From the NCBI RefSeq assembly GCF_009914755.1, contig NC_060939.1: a stretch of 64,000 bases of DNA, one strand, 5' to 3'. The stretch comes from the human T2T-CHM13v2.0 reference genome, Homo sapiens. The notes beneath the pieces were generated by a model, which saw only the letters and a program-made list of their open reading frames with translations, ran no database searches and was not told the origin of the DNA. The position numbers and the translations under genes were made by a program. Of the stretch, positions 53,201 through 64,000 are shown piece after piece (positions within the stretch are counted from its first letter, which is position 1; every line of letters starts with the position of its first letter).

Positions 53201-56200
53201 TCGATGCCATTCCATTTGATTCTATTCCATTAGTCTCCATTCAATTCCATTAATCTCCATTCCATTCCATTCTACTCCAACTGATTCCATTCCATTCTAT
53301 TCCTTTCCATTCCATTTCATTCCATTCCATTCCATTTCATTCCATTCCATTCCATTCGTGTCCATTCCACTCCAGTCCATTCCATTCGTGTCCATTCCAT
53401 TCCAGTCCATTCCATTTGTGTCCACTGCATTCCATTCCACTCCATTCCATATTATTCCATTACACTCCATTCCATTCTATTACTTTCATTTCCATTCAAT
53501 TCCATTCCATTTGATTCCATTCCACTCGGTTTCATTCCATTTGAGTCCACTCCATTCCATTCCATTCCATTCAGTTCCATTACATTCCATTCCATTCGGT
53601 ACCATTCCATATTGTTCCATTCGATTCCATTCGAATCCATTCCATTCCAGTCCATTCCATTCGATTCCATTCCATTCATTTCAATTCCATTCCATTCCAT
53701 TCCATTACATTCCACTTGATTCCTCTCCATTCCCTTCCACTGCATTCCGTTCGATTCCATTCCATTGCATTGCATTCCATTCCATTGGATTGCATTCCAT
53801 TCGATTCCATTCCATTCGAATCAATTACATAGCAATCCATTACATTCGAGTCTATTCTATTCCGTTCCATTCGATTTTGTTCCAATCCATTCGATTCCAT
53901 TCCATTCGATTCCATTCCATACTATTGCATTCCATTCGATTACATTATATTCGAATAAGTTCCATTCAAGACCATTTCTTTTGAGTCCATTCTATTTGAG
54001 TCCATTCCCTTTGATTCCATAACATTTGAGTCCATTCAATTCCATTCCTTTCGTTTCCATTCCATTTGATGCCATTCCATTCAATTCTGTTCTACTCGAC
54101 TCCAATACATTCAATTCCATTCCATCCGATTCCATTACATTCTTTTCATTTCTTATCCATTTCAAGCCATTCCACTCCATTCCATTCCACTCGTTTCCTT
54201 TCCATTCGAGTCCATTCCTCTCCAGTCCATTCCGTTCAATCCATTCCATTCCAGTCCATTCCATTCGAGTCCGTTCCATTCCAGTCCATTCCATTCGAGT
54301 CAATTCCATTCCATTCGATGTCTTTCCATAACGATCCATTCCATTCTATTCCTTTCGATTCCATTCCATTCTCTTTCATTCCATTCGATTCCCTTCCATT
54401 GGACTCCTTTCCATTCGAGTGCATTCCATTCCGTTCCATTTCTTTCCGTTCTGTACGATTCCTACCGTTCGATTTCATTTTGTTCCAGTCCATTCCTTTC
54501 GCGTCCATTCCATTCCATTTCACTCCATTCGATTCCATTCCACTCGATTCCACTTTGTTCCATTTCATTGCATTCCATTCTATTCAACTCTATTGCCTTC
54601 CATTCCATTCCATTCGATTACATTCCATGCGATTCCATTCGAAATCGAATCAATTACATTGCAATCCATTACTATTGAGTCCGTTTTATTCCAGTCCACT
54701 GCATTCTGGTCCATTCCATTTGATTCCATTCCATTCTATTCCATTCCATACAGTTGCATTCCATTGGATTCCATTCTATATCTATAAATTCAATTCGAGA
54801 CCATTGCTTTTGAGTCCATTCTATATGATTCCATTCCATTCAAGTCCATTACATTTGGTTCAATTCCATTCCATTCCATTCCCTTCCATTCCATTCCAGT
54901 TGATATCAATCCATTCGATTCCATTCCATTCGAGCACATTCCATTCGAGTCCATTCCATTCGATGCCATTCCATTTGATTCTATTCCATTAGTCTCCATT
55001 CAATTCCATTAATCTCCATTCCATTCCATTCTACTCCAACTGATTCCATTCCATTCTATTCCTTTCCATTCCATTTCATTCCATTCCATTCCATTTCATT
55101 CCATTCCATTCGTGTCCATTCCACTCCAGTCCATTCCATTCGTGTCCATTCCATTCCAGTCCATTCCTTTTGTGTCCACTGCATTCCATTCCACTCCATT
55201 CCATATTATTCCATTACACTCCATTCCATTCTATTACTTTCATTTCCATTCAATTCCATTCCATTTGATTCCATTCCACTCGGTTTCATTCCATTTGAGT
55301 CCACTCCATTCCATTCCATTCCATTCCATTCAGTTCCATTCCATTCTGTTCCATTCCATTCCGTTCCATTCGGTACCATTCCATAGTATTCCATTCGATT
55401 CCATTCGAATCCATTCTATTCCAGTCCTTTCCATTCGATTCCATTCCATTCATTTCAATTCCATTCCATTCCATTCCATTCCATTCCACTTGATTCCTCT
55501 CCATTCCCTTCCACTGCATTCCGTTCGATTCCATTCCATTGCCTTGCATTCCATTCCATTGGATTGCATTCCATTCGATTCCATTCCATTCGAATCAATT
55601 ACATAGCAATCCATTACATTCGAGTCTATTCTCTTCCGTTCCATTCGATTTCGTTCCAATCCATTCGATTCCATTCCATTCGATTCCATTCCATACTATT
55701 GCATTCCATTCGATTACATTATATTCGAATAAGTTCCATTCAAGACCATTTCTTTTGAGTCCATTCTATTTGAGTCCATTCCCTTTGATTCCATAACATT
55801 TGAGTCCATTCAATTCCATTCCTTTCGTTTCCATTCCATTTGATGCCATTCCATTCAATTCTGTTCTACTCGACTCCAATACATTCAATTCCATTCCATC
55901 CGATTCCATTACATTCTTTTCATTTCTTATCCATTTCAAGCCATTCCACTCCATTCCATTCCACTCGTTTCCTTTCCATTCGAGTCCATTCCTCTCCAGT
56001 CCATTCCGTTCAATCCATTCCATTCCAGTCCATTCCATTCGTGTCCGTTCCATTCCAGTCCATTCCATTCGAGTCAATTCCATTCCATTCGATGTCTTTC
56101 CATAACGATCCATTCCATTCTATTCCTTTCGATTCCATTCCATTCTATTTCATTCCATTCGATTCCCTTCCATTGGACTCCTTTCCATTCGAGTGCATTC

Positions 56201-57578
56201 CATTCCGTTCCATTTCTTTCCGTTCTGTACGATTCCTACCGTTCGATTTCATTTTGTTCCAGTCCATTCCTTTCGCGTCCATTCCATTCCATTTCACTCC
56301 ATTCGATTCCATTCCACTCGATTCCACTTCGTTCCATTTCATTGCATTCCATTCTATTCAACTCTATTGCCTTCCATTCCATTCCATTCGATTACATTCC
56401 ATGCGATTCCATTCGAAATCGAATCAATTACATTGCAATCCATTACAATTGAGTCCGTTTTATTCCAGTCCACTGCATTCTGGTCCATTCCATTTGATTC
56501 CATTCCATTCTATTCCATTCCATACAGTTGCATTCCTTTGGATTCCATGCTATATATATAAATTCAATTCGAGACCATTGCTTTTGAGTCCATTCTATAT
56601 GATTCCATTCCATTCAAGTCCATTACATTTGGTTCAATTCCATTCCATTCCATTCCCTTCCATTCCATTCCAGTTGATATCAATCCATTCGAGCACATTC
56701 CATTCGAGTCCATTCCATTCGATGCCATTCCATTTGATTCTATTCCATTAGTCTCCATTCAATTCCATTAATCTCCATTCCATTCCATTCTACTCCAACT
56801 GATTCCATTCCATTCTATTCCTTTCCATTCCATTTCATTCCATTCCATTCCATTTCATTCCATTCCATTCCATTCGTGTCCATTCCACTCCAGTCCATTA
56901 CATTCGTGTCCATTCCATTCCAGTCCATTCCATTTGTGTCCACTGCATTCCATTCCACTCCATTCCATATTATTCCATTACACTCCATTCCATTCTATTA
57001 CTTTCATTTCCATTCAATTCCATTCCATTTGATTCCATTCCACTCGGTTTCATTCCATTTGAGTCCACTCCATTCCATTCCATTCCATTCCATTCAGTTC
57101 CATTCCATTCTGTTCCATTCCATTCCATTCCATTCGGTACCATTCCATAGTGTTCCATTCGATTCCATTCGAATCCATTCCATTCCAGTCCTTTCCATTC
57201 GATTCCATTCCATTCATATCAATTCCATTCCATTCCATTCCATTCCATTCCATTCCATTCTATTCCACTTGATTCCTCTCCATTCCCTTCCACTGCATTC
57301 CGTTCGATTCCATTCCATTGCATTGCATTCCATTCCATTGGATTGCATTCCATTCGATTCCATTCCATTCGAATCAATTACATTGCAATCCATTACATTC
57401 GAGTCTATTCTCTTCCGTTCCATTCGATTTCGTTCCAATCCATTCGATTCCATTCCATTCGATTCCATTCCATACTATTGCATTCCATTCGATTAAATTA
57501 TATTCGAATAAGTTCCATTCAAGACCATTTCTTTTGAGTCCATTCTATTTGAGTCCATTCCCTTTGATTCCATAACAT

Positions 57579-59457
57579 TTGAGTCCATTCAATTCCATTC
57601 CTTTCGTTTCCATTCCATTTGATGCCATTCCATTCAATTCTGTTCTACTCGACTCCAATACATTCAATTCCATTCCATCCGATTCCATTACATTCTTTTC
57701 ATTTCTTATCCATTTCAAGCCATTCCACTCCATTCCATTCCACTCGTTTCCTTTACATTCGAGTCCATTCCTCTCCAGTCCATTCCGTTCAATCCATTCC
57801 ATTCCAGTCCATTCCATTCGAGTCCGTTCCATTCCAGTCCATTCCATTCGTGTCAATTCCATTCCATTCGATGTCTTTCCATAACGATCCATTCCATTCT
57901 ATTCCTTTCGATTCCATTCCATTCTATTTCATTCCATTCGATTCCCTTCCATTGGACTCCTTTCCATTCGAGTGCATTCCATTCCGTTCCATTTCTTTCC
58001 GTTCTGTACGATTCCTACCGTTCGATTTCATTTTGTTCCAGTCCATTCCTTTCGCGTCCATTCCATTCCATTTCACTCCATTCGATTCCATTCCACTCGA
58101 TTCCACTTCGTTCCATTTCATTGCATTCCATTCTATTCAACTCTATTGCCTTCCATTCCATTCCATTCGATTACATTCCATGCGATTCCATTCGAAATCG
58201 AATCAATTACATTGCAATCCATTACAATTGAGTCCGTTTTATTCCAGTCCACTGCATTCTGGTCCATTCCATTTGATTCCATTCCATTCTATTCCATTCC
58301 ATACAGTTGCATTCCTTTGGATTCCATGCTATATATATAAATTCAATTCGAGACCATTGCTTTTGAGTCCATTCTATATGATTCCATTCCATTCAAGTCC
58401 ATTACATTTGGTTCAATTCCATTCCATTCCATTCCCTTCCATTCCATTCCAGTTGATATCAATCCATTCGATTCCATTCCATTCGAGCACATTCCATTCG
58501 AGTCCATTCCATTCGATGCCATTCCATTTGATTCTATTCCATTAGTCTCCATTCAATTCCATTAATCTCCATTCCATTCCATTCTACTCCAACTGATTCC
58601 ATTCCATTCTATTCCTTTCCATTCCATTTCATTCCATTCCATTCCATTTCATTCCATTCCATTCCATTCGTGTCCATTCCACTCCAGTCCATTCCATTCG
58701 TGTCCATTCCATTCCAGTCCATTCCATTTGTGTCCACTGCATTCCATTCCACTCCATTCCATATTATTCCATTACACTCCATTCCATTCTATTACTTTCA
58801 TTTCCATTCAATTCCATTCCATTTGATTCCATTCCACTCGGTTTCATTCCATTTGAGTCCACTCCATTCCATTCCATTCCATTCAGTTCCATTACATTCC
58901 ATTCCATTCGGTACCATTCCATATTGTTCCATTCGATTCCATTCGAATCCATTCCATTCCAGTCCATTCCATTCCATTCCATTCCATTCAGTTCCATTCC
59001 ATTCTGTTCCATTCCATTCCGTTCCATTCGGTACCATTCCATAGTGTTCCATTCGATTCCATTCGAATCCATTCTATTCCAGTCCTTTCCATTCGATTCC
59101 ATTCCATTCATTTCAATTCCATTCCATTCCATTCCATTCCATTCCACTTGATTCCTCTCCATTCCCTTCCACTGCATTCCGTTCGATTCCATTCCATTGC
59201 CTTGCATTCCATTCCATTGGATTGCATTCCATTCGATTCCATTCCATTCGAATCAATTACATAGCAATCCATTACATTCGAGTCTATTCTCTTCCGTTCC
59301 ATTCGATTTCGTTCCAATCCATTCGATTCCATTCCATTCGATTCCATTCCATACTATTGCATTCCATTCGATTACATTATATTCGAATAAGTTCCATTCA
59401 AGACCATTTCTTTTGAGTCCATTCTATTTGAGTCCATTCCCTTTGATTCCATAACAT
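57579..59457 (+). repeat. Chimeric 1879-bp unit (U33) with two KpnI sites 120 bp apart
   Basis: GGTACC occurs at 58910-58915 and 59030-59035. The left copy has the U25/U30-type shortened segment. The right copy has U26/U31-type variants (CCATAGT, AGTCCTTTCC, GCCTTGC). Confidence 0.9.
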
Positions 59458-62400
59458 TTGAGTCCATTCAATTCCATTCCTTTCGTTTGCATTCCATTTG
59501 ATGCCATTCCATTCAATTCTGTTCTACTCGACTCCAATACATTCAATTCCATTCCATCCGAGTCCATTACATTCTTTTCATTTCTTATCCATTTCAAGCC
59601 ATTCCACTCCATTCCATTCCACTCGTTTCCTTTCCATTCGAGTCCATTCCTCTCCAGTCCATTCCGTTCAATCCATTCCATTCCAGTCAATTCCATTCGA
59701 GTCCGTTCCATTCCAGTCCATTCCATTCGAGTCAATTCCATTCCATTCGATGTCTTTCCATAACGATCCATTCCATTCTATTCCTTTCGATTCCATTCCA
59801 TTCTATTTCATTCCATTCGATTCCCTTCCATTGGACTCCTTTCCATTCGAGTGCATTCCATTCCGTTCCATTTCTTTCCGTTCTGTACGATTCCTACCTT
59901 TCGATTTCATTTTGTTCCAGTCCATTCCTTTCGCGTCCATTCCATTCCATTTCACTCCATTCGATTCCATTCCACTCGATTCCACTTCGTTCCATTTCAT
60001 TGCATTCCATTCTATTCAACTCTATTGCCTTCCATTCCATTCCATTCGATTACATTCCATGCGATTCCATTCGAAATCGAATCAATTACATTGCAATCCA
60101 TTACTATTGAGTCCATTTTATTCCAGTCCACTGCATTCTGGTCCATTCCATTTGATTCCATTCCATTCTATTCCATTCCATACAGTTGCATTCCATTGGA
60201 TTCCATTCTATATCTATAAATTCAATTCGAGACCATTGCTTTTGAATCCATTCCATATGATTCCATTCCATTCAAGTCCATTACATTTGATTCAATTCCA
60301 TTCCATTCCATTCCCTTCCATTCCATTCCAGTTGATATCAATCCATTCGATTCCATTCCATTCGAGCACATTCCATTTGAGTCCATTCCATTCGATGCCA
60401 TTCCATTTGATTCTATTCCATTAGTCTCCATTCAATTCCATTAATCTCCATTCCATTCCATTCTACTCCAACTGATTCCATTCCATTCTATTCCTTTCCA
60501 TTCCATTTCATTCCATTCCATTCCATTTCATTCCATTCCATTCCATTCGCTTCCATTCCATTCGTGTCCATTCCACTCCAGTCCATTCCATTCGTGTCCA
60601 TTCCATTCCAGTCCATTCCATTTGTGTCCACTGCGTTCCATTCCACTCCATTCCATATTATTCCATTACACTCCATTCCATTCTATTACTTTCATTTCCA
60701 TTCAATTCCATTCCATTTGATTCCATTCCACTCGGTTTCATTCCATTTGAGTCCACTCCATTCCATTCCATTCCATTCCATTCAGTTCCATTCCATTCCG
60801 TTCCATTCCATTCCGTTCCATTGCATTTCATTCCATTCGGTACCATTCCATATTGTTCCATTCGATTCCATTCGAATCCATTCCATTCCAGTCCATTCCA
60901 TTCGATTCCATTCCATTCCTTTCAATTCCATTCCATTCCATTCCATTCCACTTGATTCCACTCCATTCCCTTCCACTGCATTCCATTCGATTCCATTCCA
61001 TTGCATTGCATTCCATTCCATTGGACTGCATTCCATTCGATTCCATTCCATTTGAATCAATTACATAGCAATCCATTACATTCGAGTCTATTCTATTCCG
61101 TTCCATTCGATTTCGTTCCAATCCATTCGATTCCATTCCATTCGATTCCATTCCATACTATTGCATTCCATTCGATTACATTATATTCGAATAAGTTCCA
61201 TTCAAGACCATTTCTTTTGAGTCCATTCTATTTGAGTCCATTCCCTTTGATTCCATAACATTTGAGTCCATTCAATTCCATTCCTTTCGTTTGCATTCCA
61301 TTTGATGCCATTCCATTCAATTCTGTTCTACTCGACTCCAATACATTCAATTCCATTCCATCCGATTCCATTACATTCTTTTCATTTCTTATCCATTTCA
61401 AGCCATTCCACTCCATTCCATTCCACTCGTTTCCTTTCCATTCGAGTCCATTCCTCTCCAGTCCATTCCGTTCAATCCATTCCATTCCAGTCCATTCCAT
61501 ACGAGTCCGTTCCATTCCAGTCCATTCCATTCGAGTCAATTCCATTCCATTCGATGTCTTTCCATAACGATCCATTCCATTCTATTCCTTTCGATTCCAT
61601 TCCATTCTATTTCATTCCATTCGATTCCCTTCCATTGGACTCCTTTCCATTCGAGTGCATTCCATTCCTTTCCATTTCTTTCCGTTCTGTACGATTCCTA
61701 CCGTTCGATTTCATTTTGTTCCAGTCTATTCCTTTCGCGTCCATTCCATTCCATTTCACTCCATTCGATTCCATTCCACTCGATTCCACTTCGTTCCATT
61801 TCATTGCATTCCATTCTATTCAACTCTATTGCCTTCCATTCCATTCCATTCGATTACATTCCATGCGATTCCATTCGAAATCGAATCAATTACATTGCAA
61901 TCCATTACTATTGAGTCCGTTTTATTCCAGTCCACTGCATTCTGGTCCATTCCATTTGATTCCATTCCATTCTATTCCATTCCATACAGTTGCATTCCAT
62001 TGGATTCCATGCTATATCTATAAATTCAATTCGAGACCATTGCTTTTGAGTCCATTCTATATGATTCCATTCCATTCAAGTCCATTACATTTGGTTCAAT
62101 TCCATTCCATTCCATTCCCTTCCATTCCATTCCAGTTGATATCAATCCATTCGATTCCATTCCATTCGAGCACATTCCATTCGAGTCCATTCCATTCGAT
62201 GCCATTCCATTTGATTCTATTCCATTAGTCTCCATTCAATTCCATTAATCTCCATTCCATTCCATTCTACTCCAACTGATTCCATTCCATTCTATTCCTT
62301 TCCATTCCATTTCATTCCATTCCATTCCATTTCATTCCATTCCATTCCATTCGCTTCCAATCCATTCGCTTCCATTCCATTCGTGTCCATTCCACTCCAG

Positions 62401-64000
62401 TCCATTCCATTCGTGTCCATTCCATTCCAGTCCATTCCATTTGTGTCCACTGCATTCCATTCCACTCCATTCCATATTATTCCATTACACTCCATTCCAT
62501 TCTATTACTTTCATTTCCATTCAATTCCATTCCATTTGATTCCATTCCACTCGGTTTCATTCCATTTGAGTCCACTCCATTCCATTCCATTCCATTCCAT
62601 TCAGTTCCATTCCATTCTGTTCCATTCCATTCCGTTCCATTGCATTCCATTCCATTCGGTACCATTCCATATTGTTCCATTCGATTCCATTCGAATCCAT
62701 TCCATTCCAGTCCATTCCATTCGATTCCATTCCATTCCTTTCCATTCCATTCCATTCCATTCCATTCCACTTGATTCCACTCCATTCCCTTCCACTGCAT
62801 TCCATTCGATTCCATTCCATTGCATTGCATTCCATTCCATTGGACTGCATTCCATTCGATTCCATTCCATTCGAATCAATTACATAGCAATCCATTACAT
62901 TCGAGTCTATTCTATTCCGTTCCATTCGATTTCGTTCCAATCCATTCGATTCCATTCCATTCGATTCCATTCCATACTATTGCATTCCATTCGATTATAT
63001 TATATTCGAATAAGTTCCATTCAAGACCATTTCTTTTGAGTCCATACTATTTGAGTCCATTCCCTTTGATTCCATAACATTTGAGTCCATTCAATTCCAT
63101 TCCTTTCGTTTCCATTCCATTTGATGCCATTCCATTCAATTCTGTTCTACTCGACTCCAATACATTCAATTCCATTCCATCCGATTCCATTACATTCTTT
63201 TCATTTCTTATCCATTTCAAGCCATTCCACTCAATTCCATTCCACCCGTTTCCTTTCCATTCGAGTCCATTCCTCTCCAGTCCATTCCGTTCAATCCATT
63301 CCATTCCAGTCCATTCCATTCGAGTCCGTTCCATTCCAGTCCATTCCATTCGAGTCAATTCCATTCCATTCGATGTCTTTCCATAACGATCCATTCCATT
63401 CTATTCCTTTCGATTCCATTCCATTCTATTTCATTCCATTCGATTCCCTTCCATTGGACTCCTTTCCATTCGAGTGCATTCCATTCCGTTCCATTTCTTT
63501 CCGTTCTGTACGATTCCTACCGTTTGATTTCATTTTGTTCCAGTCCATTCCTTACGCGTCCATTCCATTCAATTTCACTCCATTCGATTCCATTCCACTC
63601 GATTCCACTTCGTTCCATTTCATTGCATTCCATTCTATTCAACTCTATTGCCTTCCATTCCATTCCATTCGATTACATTCCATGCGATTCCATTCGAAAT
63701 CGAATCAATTACATTGCAATCCATTACTATTGAGTCCGTTTTATTCCAGTCCACTGCATTCTGGTCCATTCCATTTGATTCCATTCCATTTTATTCCATT
63801 CCATACAGTTGCATTCCATTGGATTCCATGCTATATCTATAAATTAAATTCGAGACCATTGCTTTTGAGTCCATTCTATATGATTCCATTCCATTCAAGT
63901 CCATTACATTTGGTTCAATTCCATTCCATTCCATTCCCTTCCATTCCATTCCATTTGATATCAATCCATTCGATTCCATTCCATTCGAGCACATTCCATT
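58970..64000 (+). repeat. At least 5-kb block copy of ~46370-51402 (offset 12598 bp, 7 units)
   Basis: Anchors 46860/59458, 48664/61262 and 50483/63081 all differ by 12598. Shared variants include TTTTGAATCC, CTGCGTTCC, ATACGAGTCC, a doubled CGCTTCC, CGATTATATT, CCACCCG, CCTTACGCG and AAATTAAATT. Confidence 0.92.

Larger units (their letters stand above)
261..63080 (+). repeat. 35 complete tandem copies of a ~1.79-kb satellite unit, plus partial copies at both window ends
   Basis: Distinctive landmarks (GAATAAGTTCC, GATGTCTTTCCATAACG, CTGTACGATTCCTACC, GATATCAATCC, CTACTCCAACTG, GGTACC) recur once per unit. Anchor spacings are 1774, 1794, 1804, 1788, 1794, 1794, 1789, 1809, 1789, 1809, 1794, 1809, 1794, 1789, 1804, 1789, 1804, 1764, 1804, 1794, 1804, 1800, 1804, 1769, 1759, 1774, 1804, 1819, 1784, 1759, 1774, 1779, 1879, 1804 and 1819 bp. 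Confidence 0.97.
1..64000 (+). repeat. Satellite III (HSat3)-type pentameric satellite array, (CATTC)n on + strand and (GAATG)n on - strand
   Basis: CATTC and single-substitution variants (GATTC, CAGTC, CACTC, GAGTC) fill the window from end to end. The + strand is pyrimidine-rich and G-poor throughout, with no strand switch and no non-satellite insert. A simple CATTC backbone without a regular CATTCGATTC-derived 23-26 bp monomer favours HSat3 over HSat2. Confidence 0.97.

Noticed and set aside
1-64000. CRISPR-like or repeat-spacer array
   Set aside because: There are no unique spacers. The sequence between landmarks is itself near-identical from unit to unit, and no cas-like genes are present.
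1-64000. Embedded transposon, inversion or unique-sequence island
   Set aside because: Every anchor spacing is 1759-1879 bp, leaving no room for an insert. I saw no GAATG-oriented tract, poly-A tail or target-site duplication.
1-64000. Assignment to chr1 HSat2 (1.77 kb) or Y-chromosome DYZ1 (~3.5-3.6 kb)
   Set aside because: The backbone is simple CATTC rather than the HSat2 pattern. The ~3.6-kb periods here are local dimers of near-identical 1.8-kb units, not a primary 3.6-kb unit.

Overview
The whole window is one uninterrupted, single-orientation array of (CATTC)n/(GAATG)n pentamer satellite. The motif and organisation match human satellite III (HSat3). It is built from about 35.6 tandem copies of a ~1.79-kb unit (modal lengths 1794 and 1804 bp, range 1759-1879). 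Each unit carries one KpnI site (GGTACC), except one recombinant unit that has two. A 1.8-kb KpnI satellite III unit best fits D15Z1 (chromosome 15p heterochromatin, HSat3A5-type), but that assignment is inferred from established knowledge and was not confirmed by alignment. I find no protein-coding genes, RNA genes, transposons or CRISPR arrays. All listed ORFs are by-products of a pentamer that has no stop codon in any frame. I see no undescribed gene system. The informative signal is the array's evolutionary structure: an old internal duplication within the unit, a conserved net -1 pentamer phase shift, local ~3.6-kb dimers, dispersed block copies at offsets of 8.9, 12.6 and 28.7 kb, and one chimeric unit. 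Units U1-U36 are numbered from the recurring anchor 'TTGAGTCCATTCAATTCC' at 261, 2035, 3829, 5633, 7421, 9215, 11009, 12798, 14607, 16396, 18205, 19999, 21808, 23602, 25391, 27195, 28984, 30788, 32552, 34356, 36150, 37954, ~39754, 41558, 43327, 45086, 46860, 48664, 50483, 52267, 54026, 55800, 57579, 59458, 61262 and 63081. Block boundaries were read by eye and are approximate.
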